This document shows, one piece after another, positions 1 through 13,997 of a stretch of DNA of 64,000 nucleotides. The position numbers and the translations under genes are program-made. The DNA comes from Mobula hypostoma (Eukaryota), in assembly GCF_963921235.1 (NCBI RefSeq), contig NC_086097.1:106580001-106644000 (forward strand). The letters run 5' to 3'. The stretch's first letter is position 1. Every line of letters starts with the position of its first letter. The notes below the pieces were generated by a model, which was given only the letters and a program-made list of their open reading frames with translations, ran no database searches and had not been told where the DNA came from.

Positions 1-299
1 TATTCAAGGCAACTTTAATATCCAATTACAGATTAAAAACGTGTCCAGATTCAGCTGGTGATTGGTTCATGCTTTTCTTTCACTGTACATTCTATTATGA
101 AGAATGTAATTTGACATTTTCAGTTTTTTGGGATGTGCCAAAAGCACACCAATCTAAAGTGATGGATTGATGACCTGTGTAAGTGAAGTCAATGGAACTG
201 AATATGCAGAGATGAGTACCGCCAATAGGTAGTACTCATGATCCTGTCAAGCACTAATGAGCAAAAGTTATTGGAAGTCTGTATTTTGTGGCAGGGAGC

Positions 300-515
300 A
301 GTGTAGTGACACTCGATTGTTATATACATTAAGGACTCAGATATAAAAGCAGGAAGCATGATTAGTGAGGTTGCAGAAGACATGAAAGTTGATGGTGTTG
401 TGGACAGCAAAGAAGCTTGGCTAAGGCTTCAGCATGATACCGATCATATGGGAAGTTGGGCAATGTGTTGATAAATACAATTTAATCCCATTAAATGCAA
501 AGTGATGAATATGTA
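300..515 (+). mobile_element. Old CR1 LINE fragment (RT region)
   Basis: Translates as AEDMKVDGVVDSKEAWLRLQHD..., a decayed form of the [23 protein letters not shown] motif in the CR1 copies elsewhere in this window. Confidence 0.6.
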
Positions 516-1039
516 ATTAGTAAAATCAACAGCAGCACCAAGGAATCACAGATTATGGAAGCATTGTTGAAATTGAGAAAACAGTATTATCTGAAATATG
601 CCTTCTTGTTCTTGATCCCCCAATCATCTATTTACCCAGTTACGATCTTATAATATTAGATTCAAGGCAACTAATTAAAACAAGTCAGAAACAAAAGAAA
701 ATCTGCAGATGCTGGACAAATTAAAACAAGTGCTACCTTTATAACTTCCTGCCAATTATCAAACAATCACTTTAACACTAAAATAATTCAAAAACAAACA
801 ATCTCTGTCACTGTCACAGCTTATGTGTAAATGCACTGAAACAAAAATATTGTTAGTATTTGTTCCTTGGTGGACTCATTTGGCCAAGTTCACACAAAGA
901 AATGTTCAATTTGTTTGGCATGAAATTCAATTGCAAACTTAGAATGTGCCAATAACCAAATATGTGTCCAGATGGCAAGACCTGACAAAAGATTCAACAC
1001 TTGAATCGTTCAATTCTTAATACTTCCATCAAATATCGA

Positions 1040-1262
1040 CAGATTGCCCCCAGGTTCCGGCAGGGATCCATTCCCGTGAACTATTTGTAACCTGAACAAT
1101 TGACAAGTCGGAAATATGACCGTGAACCAAGTTCCAACCCAGCAGAAGATGGCTGCAGGCGCACAGCAGCTGACTAATCCTTCCTGCCAGTCTCCCACAT
1201 GCTCAATTGCATATACAGGCTGTGTATAAGGCAGTCATTCATAAGTTAGGAAGGACCTGCAG
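1040..1262. mobile_element. Possible old Tc1/mariner (Tigger-like) MITE remnant
   Basis: Degenerate CAG...CTG ends (cagattgccccc...ataagttaggaaggacctg); recognised by resemblance only. Confidence 0.25.
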
Positions 1263-1329
1263 TGATCTTGTTCACATTCCAAAATTAAATAGATAGTCCT
1301 AGAAAATCTTAAACCAGTTACCCTACAGG

Positions 1330-1965
1330 GCAAGTCAAACTCAAAGTAGAGCACATTGTCATATATACAAGTACATATATGCATATATCCAATGAAAAAC
1401 ATAAATTAGACATATCTTATACACAACTTTACAAGAAAGAACACAATTGGAAGAAAATTAGTCAGTTTCAGTTCAAAGTGATCAAGCTGTTGCTAAGCTG
1501 TGGTGATTAGTGTTTTGCTGTTTTGTTCAAAAACCAAATAGTTAAAGGGAAGTTGCAGTTGTTGAATCAGGTGGTGTGGGACTTGAGGCTTCTGTACCTG
1601 CTGCTAGTGGAAAAAGATAGCATGGCCAAATGGTGGGGATCTTCGATGAGGCTGTGCTTCCTGTAGATACTACTGATGATGGGAGGGGCATTCCCGTGAT
1701 ATACTGGGCAGAGTTCATGGCCTTCTGCAGCTTTTTATGATCCTGCATATTCAAATTGCTGTAGCATACCACGGTGAAACCAGTCAGGACACTTTCAATG
1801 ATAAACCTGTGGAAGTTTATTAGGAGTGTCCACTGACAAGCCAAATGTCTTTAACCTCCTAAAAAAGTAAAGAAGCTGGCACACTTTCCTTATGATTGCA
1901 TCTTTGTGCCGGGGTCAGGACAGGTCACCTGATATGTTAACTCCCAGGAATTTAAAGCTGCTGCA
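1330..1965 (-). mobile_element. Rex1/Babar-like LINE 3' fragment
   Basis: ORF 1542-1844 reads NFHRFIIESVLTGFTVVCYSN...QDHKKLQKAMNSAQYITG, the C-terminal RT region of this clade. Confidence 0.65.
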
Positions 1966-2199
1966 TCTCTCCGGCAACAGTAATAAAAAATACTCTGGAC
2001 AGCCGAAACCAGATATCACGTCAAAATTCTGTAGGAGAGGACAACTGCAGGATAACAGCAAAATCAGAATTATCCCTATCTCTCAAAGGATAACAGTAAT
2101 TCTGAGAAGAAGCATATTTATTGGAATCCAACTTTAGAAAGGTTGCCAAGTTGTTTGATAGGAGTCTGTAATGTACAAGAAAGGAAACATAAGGCAAAG

Positions 2200-2660
2200 G
2201 TCCAAAGGTTATAAATAGAGGGCTAATTAAGACTCCTTCTCACATATGCTTCAATATGCACGTTATCGATGACTTGGAGCTCACCATCCCACATGTGTGC
2301 ATCTCTCTACAACACCAGCTTTCCTGGACAGGCTACATCATACAAGCTCTGAAACAGTGACTTGACTTCGAGTTCATCACAGCAGGAAATTACCATGAGG
2401 ACAGAAGAAATAATTCAAGGATATTTGCAAAGACTCCATGTAAAATTATAATATCCTCACAAAGTTAAGGGAAATGCTGATTCTTGAGTACAGAAAGTGG
2501 AATAGCTTAGGGACGGTATTGAGAATTTTGTATCGCTGTTTTGGGAGTGCACAGAGCCGGTAAAAGGGCATCACTTCCCACACCTTCCCCATCAAGAATC
2601 CTCTATCCCAACTGAGCCAGAGTCTGTGGGCCCTTCACTGGCATATGGAAGTAAGTCAAC
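2200..2660 (+). mobile_element. Old RTE-clade LINE 3' fragment
   Basis: ttcatcacagcaggaaattaccatgaggacagaagaaataattcaaggata resembles the RTE G-R-x-GGQ-KRFKD C-terminal motif; similar to 40540-40620. Confidence 0.4.
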
Positions 2661-2699
2661 CATGATTCCACCTGGCCATTCAAGAAGAAGAAACAGAAG

Positions 2700-3010
2700 G
2701 AAATATTCAAAGCTCAAAGTAAATATATTAACACAGTACAGCTATGTCACCATATTTGAGATTTCTTTTCTTCTGGGCATACTCAGTAAATCCAAGAACC
2801 ATAACAGAATCAATGGAAGACCACACCCAACAGAGTGGACAAACAACCAATCTGCAAAAGGCAACAATGTGCAAATGCAAAAGAAAAAAAACTAACAATA
2901 TAAAATAAGCAATAAATATCAAGAACATGAGATGAAGAGTCCTTGAAAATGAGTCATAAGTTATGGGACCATTTCAATAAAGGGGCAAATGAAGTTGAGT
3001 GAAGTTATCC
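2700..3010 (-). mobile_element. Rex1/Babar-like LINE 3' UTR
   Basis: Paralogous to 14000-14300 (aataaatatcaagaacatgagatgaag shared). Confidence 0.6.
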
Positions 3011-3452
3011 TCCATCAATGTATCAATGCCACTCTTCCTTGCTTGAGACTGCTTTCAACACAGATCATTGACTGTATGTGGAACTTAGACTGTGTGTCCA
3101 GAAACTCACTGAAATTAATTAAGTTATTTGATAAATTTTATTTCGTACATGATGTGCAGCCTATTTTTTGCATTGCATTGAAAAAATGTTTTTCTATTTG
3201 TTTAATTTATAATTCAATATGACTTGAGATTTTAAACATTTTTTAATGTCACATATGTGTAAGATTCTGTTTCCTTGACGTGCAAAAGAAAAAAACAACA
3301 GTGTATGATCTGGATTAAATAAGAAGAATTTCAGAAAAATTACTCTGTTGCAATGTCTCATTGTGCTGGGCTTTCTGGCTGAAGTTAACAAATGTTCCAT
3401 CATTCTAGGGTCAAAATTATAAAGACATCCAGCATGGAAACAAGCTACTGGA

Positions 3453-6400
3453 CACACTGACCCACTCATTTACACAGCAATATCACACTGAACAACTCAT
3501 TTACACTGCAACATCACACTGAGGCGCTCATTTACACTGTAATATCACACTTTACACTGTAACATCATAATGAGCCACTCATTTACATTGTAATATCACA
3601 CTGAACCACTCATTTACACTGTAATATCACACATTACACTGTAGCATCACACTGAGGCACGCATTTACACTGTAACATCACACTGAGCCACTCATTTACA
3701 CTGTAACATCACACTTTACATTGTAACATCATAATGAGCCACTCATTTACATTGTAATATCATACTGAACCACTCATTTACACTGTAATATCACACTTTA
3801 CACTGTAACATCACACTGAGCCACTCATTTACACTGTAATATCACACTGAGCCACTCATTTACACTGTAATATCACACTGAGCCATTCACTTACACTGTA
3901 GTATCACACTTTACACTGTAACATCATAATGAACCACTCATTTACACTGTAATATCACACTGAACCACTCATTGACACTGTAACATCACACTGAGCCACT
4001 CATTTACACTGTAACATCACACTGAGCCACTCATTTATACTGTAACATCACACTGAACCACTCATTTACACTGTAATATCACACTGAGACACTCATTTAC
4101 ACTGCAATATCACACTGAGCCACTCATTTACACTGTAACATCACACTGAGACACTCATTTACACTGTAATAACACACTTTACACTGTAGCTTCACACTGA
4201 GCCACTCATTTATACTGTAATATCACACTGAACCACTCATTTACACTGTAGTATCACACTGAGCCACACATTTACACTGTAACATCACACTGAACAACTC
4301 ATTTACACTGTACTATCACACTGAGCCACACATTGACACTGTAACATCACACTGAACCACTCATTTACACTGTAGTATCACACAGAGCCACTCATTTACA
4401 CTGTAACATCACACTGAACAACTCAATTACACTGTACTATCACACTGAGCCACACATTGACACTGTAACATCACACTGAGCCACTCATTTACACTGCAAC
4501 ATCACACTGAGACACTCATTTACACTGCAATATCACACTGAGCCACTCATTTACACTGTAACATCACACTGAGACACTCATTTACACTGTAACATCACAC
4601 TGAGACACTCATTTACACTGCAATATCACACTGAGACACTCATTTACACTGCAATATCACACTGAGCCACTCATTTACACTGTAATATCATAATGAGCCA
4701 CTCATTTACACTGTAACATCATAATGAGCCACTCATTTACACTGTAACATCACACTTTACACTGTAGCTTCACACTGAGCCACTCATTTATACTGTAATA
4801 TCATAATGAGCCACTCATTTACACTGTAACATCATAATGAGCCACTCATTTACACTGTAACATCACACTTTACACTGTAACATCATAATGAGCCACTCAT
4901 TGACACTGTAACATCACACTGAGCCACTCATTGACACTGTAACATCACACTTTACACTGTAACATCATAAGGAGCCACTCATTTACACTGTAACATCACA
5001 CTGAACAACTCATTTACACTGTAATGTCACACTGAGCCACTCATTTACACTGTAACATCACACTGAACAATTCATTTACACTGTACTATCACACTGAGCC
5101 ACTCATTGACACTGTAACATCACACTGAGCCACTCATTTACACTGTAACATCACACTGAGACACTCATTTACACTGCAATATCACACTGAGCCACTCATT
5201 TACACTGTAACATCACACTGAGCCACTCATTTACACTGTAATATCACACTGAGCCACTCATTGACACTGTAACATCACACTGAGCCACTCATTTACACTG
5301 TAACATCACACTGAGACACTCATTTACACTGCAATATCACACTGAGCCACTCATTTACACTGTAAAATCACAATGAGACACTCATTTACACTGTAATATC
5401 ACACTTTACACTGTAGCTTCACACTGAGCCACTCATTTATACTGTAATATCACACTGAACCACTCATTTACACTGTAGTATCACACTGAGCCACACATTT
5501 ACACTGTAACATCACACTGAACAACTCATTTACACTGTACTATCACACTGAGCCACACATTGACACTGTAACATCACACTGAACCACTCATTTACACTGT
5601 AGTATCACACAGAGCCACTCATTTACACTGTAACATCACACTGAACAACTCATTTACACTGTACTATCACACTGAGCCACACATTGACACTGTAACATCA
5701 CACTGAGCCACTCATTTACACTGTAACATCACACTGAGACACTCATTTACACTGCAATATCACACTGAGCCACTCATTTACACTGTAACATCACACTGAC
5801 ACACTCATTTACACTGTAACATCACACTGAGCCACTCATTTACACTGTAACATCACACTGAGACACTCATTTACACTGCAATATCACACTGAGCCACTCA
5901 TTTACACTGTAACATCACACTGACACACTCATTTACACTGCAACATCACACTGAGACACTCATTTACACTGCAATACCACACTGAGCCACTCATTTACAC
6001 TGTAACATCACACTGAGACACTCATTTACACTGCAATACCACACTGAGACACTCATTTACACTGTAATATCACACTTTACACTGTAGCTTCACACTGAGC
6101 CACTCATTTATACTCTAATATCATAATGAGCCACTCATTGACACTGTAACATCACACTGAGCCACTCATTTACACTGTAACATCACACTGAGACACTCAT
6201 TTACACTGTAATAACACACTTTACACTGTAGCTTCACACTGAGCCACTCATTTATACTGTAATATCACACTGAACCACTCATTTACACTGTAGTATCACA
6301 CTGAGCCACACATTTACACTGTAACATCACACTGAACCACTCATTTACACTGTAGTATCACACAGAGCCACTCATTTACACTGTAACATCACACTGAACA

Positions 6401-9400
6401 ACTCAATTACACTGTACTATCACACTGAGCCACACATTTACACTGTAACATCACACTGAGCCACTCATTTACACTGTAACATCACACTGAGACACTCATT
6501 TACACTGCAATATCACACTGAGCCACTCATTTACACTGTAACATCACACTGACACGCTCATTTACACTGTAACATCACACTGAGACACTCATTTACACTG
6601 TAATATCACACTTTACACTGTAGCTTCACACTGAGCCACTCATTTACACTGTAACATCACACTGAGACACTCATTTACACTGCAATACCACACTGAGACA
6701 CTCATTTACACTGTAATATCACACTTTACACTGTAGCTTCACACTGAGCCACTCATTTATACTGTAATATCATAATGAGCCACTCATTTACACTGTAACA
6801 TCATAATGAGCCACTCATTTACACTGTAACATCACACTTTACACTGTAACATCATAATGAGCCACTCATTGACACTGTAACATGACACTGAGCCACTCAT
6901 TGACACTGTAACATCACACTTTACACTGTAACATCATAAGGAGCCACTCATTTACACTGTAACATCACACTGAACAACTCATTTACACTGTAATGTCACA
7001 CTGAGCCACTCATTTACACTGTAACATCACACTGAACAATTCATTTACACTGTACTATCACACTGAGCCACTCATTTACACTGTAACATCACACTGAGCC
7101 ACTCATTTACACTGTAACATCACACTGAGACACTCATTTACACTGTAATACCACACTGAGCCATTCATTTACACTGTAATATCACACTGAGACACTCATT
7201 TACACTGTAATATCACACTTTACACTCATTTACACTGTAATATCACACTTTACACTGTAGCTTCACACTGAGCCACTCATTTATACTCTAATATCATAAT
7301 GAGCCACTCATTGACACTGTAACATCACACTGAGCCACTCATTTACACTGTAACATCACACTGAGACACTCATTTACACTGTAATAACACACTTTACACT
7401 GTAGCTTCACACTGAGCCACTCATTTATACTGTAATATCACACTGAACCACTCATTTACACTGTAGTATCACACTGAGCCACACATTTACACTGTAACAT
7501 CACACTGAACCACTCATTTACACTGTAGTATCACACAGAGCCACTCATTTACACTGTAACATCACACTGAACAACTCATTTACACTGTACTATCACACTG
7601 AGCCACACATTTACACTGTAACATCACACTGAGCCACTCATTTACACTGTAACATCACACTGAGACACTCATTTACACTGCAATATCACACTGAGCCACT
7701 CATTTACACTGTAACATCACACTGACACGCTCATTTACACTGTAACATCACACTGAGACACTCATTTACACTGTAATATCACACTTTACACTGTAGCTTC
7801 ACACTGAGCCACTCATTTACACTGTAACATCACACTGAGACACTCATTTACACTGCAATACCACACTGAGACACTCATTTACACTGTAATATCACACTTT
7901 ACACTGTAGCTTCACACTGAGCCACTCATTTATACTGTAATATCATAATGAGCCACTCATTTACACTGTAACATCATAATGAGCCACTCATTTACACTGT
8001 AACATCACACTTTACACTGTAACATCATAATGAGCCACTCATTGACACTGTAACATGACACTGAGCCACTCATTGACACTGTAACATCACACTTTACACT
8101 GTAACATCATAAGGAGCCACTCATTTACACTGTAACATCACACTGAACAACTCATTTACACTGTAATGTCACACTGAGCCACTCATTTACACTGTAACAT
8201 CACACTGAACAATTCATTTACACTGTACTATCACACTGAGCCACTCATTTACACTGTAACATCACACTGAGCCACTCATTTACACTGTAACATCACACTG
8301 AGACACTCATTTACACTGTAATACCACACTGAGCCATTCATTTACACTGTAATATCACACTGAGACACTCATTTACACTGTAATATCACACTTTACACTC
8401 ATTTACACTGTAATATCACACTTTACACTGTAGCTTCACACTGAGCCACTCATTTATACTGTAATATCACACTGAACCACTCATTTACACTGTAATATCA
8501 CACTGAGCCACTCATTTACACTGTAACATCACACTGAGGCACTCATTTACACTGTAATATCACACTTCAGACTGTAGCATCACTGAGCCACTCATTTACA
8601 CTGTAACACCACACTGAGCCACTCATTTACACTGTAATATCACACTGAGCCACACATTGACACTGTAACATCACACTGAGCCACTCATTTACACTGTAAC
8701 ATCACACTGAGACACTCATTTACACTGCAATATCACACTGAGCCACTCATTTACACTGTAACATCACACTGACACACTCATTTACACTGTAACATCACAC
8801 TGAGACACTCATTTACACTGCAATACCACACTGAGCCACTCATTTACACTGTAACATCACACTGAGACACTCATTTACACTGCAATACCACACTGAGCCA
8901 CTCATTTACACTGTAACATCACACTGAGACACTCATTTACACTGCAATACCACACTGAGACACTCATTTACACTGTAATATCACACTTTACACTGTAGCT
9001 TCACACTGAGCCACTCATTTATACTGTAATATCACACTGAACCACTCATTTACACTGTAATATCACACTGAGCCACTCATTTACACTGTAACATCATAAC
9101 GAGCCACTCATTTACACTGTAACATCACACTTTACACTGTAACATCATAATGAGCCACTCATTGACACTGTAACATCACACTGAGCCACTCATTGACACT
9201 GTAACATCACACTTTACACTGTAACATCATAAGGAGCCACTCATTTACACTGTAACATCACACTGAACAACTCATTTACACTGTAATGTCACACTGAGCC
9301 ACTCATTGACACTGTAACATCACACTGAGCCACTCATTTACACTGTAAGATCACACTGAGCCACTCATTTACACTGTAACATCACAATGAGACACTCATT

Positions 9401-9875
9401 TACACTGTAACATCACACTGAGACACTCATTTACACTGTAATACCACACTGAGCCATTCATTTACACTGTAATATCACACTGAGACACTCATTTACACTG
9501 TAATATCACACTGAGACACTCATTTACACTGTAATATCACACTTTACACTGTAGCTTCACACTGAGCCACTCATTTATACTGTAATATCACACTGAACCA
9601 CTCATTTACACTGTAATATCACACTGAGCCACTCATTTACACTGTAACATCACACTGAGGCACTCATTTACACTGTAATATCACACTTCAGACTGTAGCA
9701 TCACTGAGCCACTCATTTACACTGTAACACCACACTGAGCCACTCATTTACACTGTAATATCACACTGAGCCATTCATTTACACTGTAGTATCACACTTT
9801 ACATTGTAATATCACACTGAGCCACTCATTTACACTGTAACATCACACTGAGCCACTCATTTACACTGTAGTATC
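3453..9875. repeat. Minisatellite, 31-bp unit (ATCACACTGAGCCACTCATTTACACTGTAAC) with interspersed 20-bp deletion variant
   Basis: Uninterrupted ~6.4-kb tandem array with no unique spacers; variant units recur in ordered blocks. Confidence 0.98.
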
Positions 9876-10004
9876 TTTTAATAATGCAGAAATACATACT
9901 TAAAATTTTCTAAAACCACGGCATTTAAACATTTCTTCTATTTTAGATTAATGTTTTTGTTTCAAAATAGAGATCGCTCTTTTACTTAAATTTATTGCTA
10001 TAAG

Positions 10005-10175
10005 TATCCTGTCATCCTGGAGCCTGACCATGCTTTTATATTCTAGTCCTCTCGAAATGAATGCTAACATCGCATTTGCCTTCCTTACCACCGACTCAAC
10101 CTGCAAGTTAATATTCGCACCTCTGATTTTTGAATTTTCTCCCCATTTATAAAATAGTCTACACCTTTTTCTGAT
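10005..10175 (-). mobile_element. CR1 LINE fragment
   Basis: ORF 9948-10211 contains NLQVESVVRKANAMLAFISRGLEYKS, a CR1 post-RT motif. Confidence 0.75.
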
Positions 10176-11389
10176 ATTTTCTATGTAACTGCATCTGCAA
10201 CAATTTTTCACTATCTAGTCTTCACAGCATGTAATACAGTATAAAACTTCAATTACAATGAAGTAAAACTTCCCCATATTAAAATATCCGATCATATAAA
10301 ATCCCAATGGTTCAACATTTGGCTCAATCATTTGTACACCAAGTCCTCATTATTTGCAAATGTGTAATACATCTGTCAACGCTTAATGTACAGATCGGTA
10401 TACTTTCAAGATTGGCCAGCACGGGCCAAAAGCACTTTCTAAGAATGTGGCTATGTGTGCAGCCAGAACAAGGGTCCAAGGTCTAGAATGATCTGTTTCA
10501 GCTTGTTTGCCATGATGAAGGCTACAAACTAAAAATTTATCCATGCTTTCCTTTAAACTCATCATGGCTCAGTTTCCTGATCTCTTTAAATTCATGATGT
10601 CCACTGGAATTTTCTTTTAAACGACTGCATAGCATAAAATAAGCGAATTAAAATGTGCTATAGTAATTCAAATAGCATCCAATAATCCAGAAAACCTGCT
10701 GATACAGAACCATCAAAGTCTTTTGGGTGCCAGATTATCAAATTTTACTGCCATGATATTTTGCTTCCAATTGCAAAGCTCAGCTTCCAATCTGCTCAGT
10801 GAAAGAATAAAAGAGTTGGAAATGTGTCTGAAATTACTGAACTTATTGTTGAGTCAAAAATGTTGAAGGCATATTTTAAAATACTAGGAAACTTTAAATA
10901 CATAATTAATTCCACAAATCTAGATTACCCCAAGTGCACTACTCTCTCTTACACCCTTTTGTGTTGCTTCATTGCAAAGGAAGCAGTCCTTATAGTTCCT
11001 TTGCAATGAAAGAACTGTCACAGATCCAATAGTGGGCAGATTTCTCAAGGCAGCTACTGTGAAACTATAAGTTGGAGTTCTGCTTCTGGACTTCAGCAGG
11101 GGCATAATTAGAAAATTGCTGATAAGAACCTGGAGTGCTAAACTTCCAGGCAGCCATGGAGGAAAACTTCCAAATAGCCAACCCCAGCCACCAATATTCC
11201 ACAATATTTCAGTCTGAGATTATATTTGGGTTCAGCTTCAAGCATGAACAAAAAAAATTTTGAGGAAGCAACGCTTTTTGAAAAAAATTGTTGTCCAGTG
11301 TTATTTAAACAAACAAAGAATGCTTAATCGAACAATATATTTACAGTATTACTCAAATATTACTGAAATATTAAGTACAGAACTCAGAT

Positions 11390-11990
11390 CAATCATGCTT
11401 GGGTTCTCCTGATAGGACAATCCTCTTATGCTCGGAATAAGCCAGGCGAATATCCTTGGTACTACCTCAAATACTACCACACCCTTACTCAGGTAAGGGG
11501 CCCAAAATTGTGCAGGGTATTCCAGGTAAAGGTAACAGATTTCTTATAACTAAAGAACAGGTGTTTTGCTTTTACAATAATCTGCTAGTTTCTATTATTT
11601 TAAACAACAGTTTATTTATTCATTTAATTTAATATCTTCATCTGAATTGAACTTAAATGCTCTAACTGGATCAGTTTGCAGGTTGTTAGCCCATTTCTCT
11701 AGATGACCAGAATATGTCTCTCACAGAAGGAACATTTGATTAGATGTATTCAAAACACTGCATCAGTTTGTTAGAATAAACAAGCTTAAGCTATTTCCAA
11801 TGGCTGATTGGTAACCAAGCGACATAAATTTGAAGTGGTTATCAAAAGAATCAAAGGTGACATGAAGTAACGTTTTCATGCACTACATTGTTATGATACA
11901 GAATAGAATACCTGAAAGGATATTAGAGGCAGATTACACAATGCATTCTGAGAGTATATTGATTAAATGTTTTAGAGGAAGATAGTTCAT
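11390..11990. mobile_element. Decayed CR1 fragments (11390-11530 minus; 11700-11990 plus)
   Basis: Remnants of the CR1 C-terminal motifs (YCxQFWxP; DLIxVFK...GHKFxV). Confidence 0.5.
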
Positions 11991-12109
11991 AACTCCAGGT
12001 CACAGCAGCAGGGCAAATTGGATAACTCCTCCAAGAAAAATTAGTGCATTCATGATGCATTCTACTGCTGATATTTCGCTCTCTTGTTCCACTTTGCAAT
12101 CTAATAATC

Positions 12110-12312
12110 TAATCAGGACAGATCACAAGACACTTTACAATGACCAGTTAACCTACCAACCGGTACGCCTTTGGACTGTGGGAGGAAACAGGAGCATCTG
12201 GAGCATCCATGAGGTCACAGGGAGAACATACAGACTCCTTACATGCAGCGGCAGGAATTGAACCTGGATCGCCTGTACTGTAAAGTGTTGTGCTAACCAC
12301 TACGTGCCACCC
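12110..12312 (-). mobile_element. tRNA-derived HE1/V-SINE-like element
   Basis: Minus strand has box A (tggcacgtagtggttagc), box B (ggttcaattcc) and the V-domain-like tttcctcccacagtccaaa. Confidence 0.75.
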
Positions 12313-12469
12313 CACTGCTTTCATATATTACAAGGATATTTCCATCACCTGCAGAATCTTTTGTGTTTACAAAATTAGGAGGTGATACAGATTGTGAAGA
12401 AGGTTATTGTAGATTACAAGGAGACAGTGGACCATGGGAGAAAGGGATGTAGGAGGGGCACCCTAGGAG

Positions 12470-12870
12470 AGGTTCAAAGTGCATTTATTATCGAAGTAGG
12501 TATACAATATACAACCTTGAGATTCATCACCTTACAGGCAGTCACAAAACAAAGGAACACCAAAAGAACCCATTAAAAAAAGGCCATCGAACACCCAATG
12601 CACAGAGAGAGAAAAAAATCATGCAAACAATAAAAGTAAGCAAATAGTATTCAGAGCTGAAACCTTACAAAAGGCACAAAGCCAGGCATCATTGCAGCCA
12701 AAGCAGGCCACAGCTTCAGTTTATCGTACAGCCAAGTAAACATCATGGGACCACAGACTCAAAGCCAGGCATCACTGCAGCCAGTACTGGCCATAGCCTC
12801 AGTTCAGCACGAAACTGAGTAAATATCATGGAGGAACGAGCAGAACCAAGTAGAACCAGGCAGTCCCTTG
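12470..12870 (-). mobile_element. 3' part of a non-coding LINE-tailed element (paralog of 28850-29622), with an internal ~83-bp degenerate tandem duplication
   Basis: Reverse complement matches 29380-29622; aaagccaggcatcaytgcagcca occurs twice. Confidence 0.55.
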
Positions 12871-13997
12871 ATGATGGGCAAGTGACAAGAGAAGGGGTAA
12901 AAATGGAGCCAAAACCATAATATTATGATTCACTATGATTTCTGCCTCCTTAAACATCCCAGACAAAGGCTTAGGGCTTTTCGTTGCATGGGATTCAATC
13001 AGATGAACTATGGCATGGGGAGAGATTGGTGGTGGGTACCATACACACAGGGGATTGTTAAACTCTTCCCTCTCTGTATTTTCCCTCACTTCCCTGGCTA
13101 TTATGCAGATGTTCTGTGGCTGCCATGTGGAGAGTATTTTAAGGACAGATTGCCTTCCAGTGATGAGTGAAGTAATGATGTGGTAAATCACGGTTCTTCA
13201 TGCAGTTCCAAACAAGAAATACAGATATCTTTCGAACCACACGATGCTTTGTGCATATCATTATCAGTGTGGCTTTTCTTGTATTTTTGTCTGATTTCAC
13301 AAACATTCTGGGGCATCCAATTAGACGTTAATACTAATTCCAACATGTTTAGCATACAGAAAAAAGGTGAAACCCAATTTCTAGTAACTAATTCAAGATC
13401 ATGTTAGTTACATTCATCTTTAATTACAATCACACATTTCCATCATTCCAATGCTCAGCTCAGTGGATCTTCTGTCCTTTCCTTTCAATCTCCTTTGTCT
13501 TTCATTCAACTGCTTCCATGAGCTCATCCTGAGATTTTTGAACCCAATTTTGTGGATGGTTATCTTATGGCTATCTTATTTGCTGACCATACTAAAAGCT
13601 CTGCAAAATGGGATTGTTGGTAAAAGGATACTCTTTTGCCAAGAATCCAACCAACGTTAAAATTGCTCTGTCAATTTTTATTTGAGTTTTTTTATTTATC
13701 AACATAGCACAAATGATTGACAGGCCTGCTTTCAGAATTAAAACTACAAACATAATTACAAAACAAAACATATATTAGTAATAGTCCACCCAAAATTTCT
13801 GAATTAAAATATTGCCCAAAAAGATTATTTTAACATTTGGAATTTGAGCCACACATTTGCAAACAGACTACAGAATACAGATCAACTGCAATACAAACTG
13901 AGAAAACACAGACATAAGCCACTCCAGTCACACAATGTAATTTAATCAAAATGCTGATAGTGAAGAAAAAAATCTAGAACACATTGATGCAATTTAA

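Noticed and set aside
212..239. Imperfect palindrome atgagtac...gtactcat
   Set aside because: Short and isolated; compatible with chance
3453..9875. CRISPR-like array
   Set aside because: Units are contiguous with no unique spacers, there are no cas genes, and the context is eukaryotic
3453..9875. Array of V(D)J RSS-like sites (CACACTG + 12 nt + ACACTGTAA)
   Set aside because: Heptamer is 6/7 but the nonamer matches ACAAAAACC at only 3/9; no Ig/TCR segments nearby
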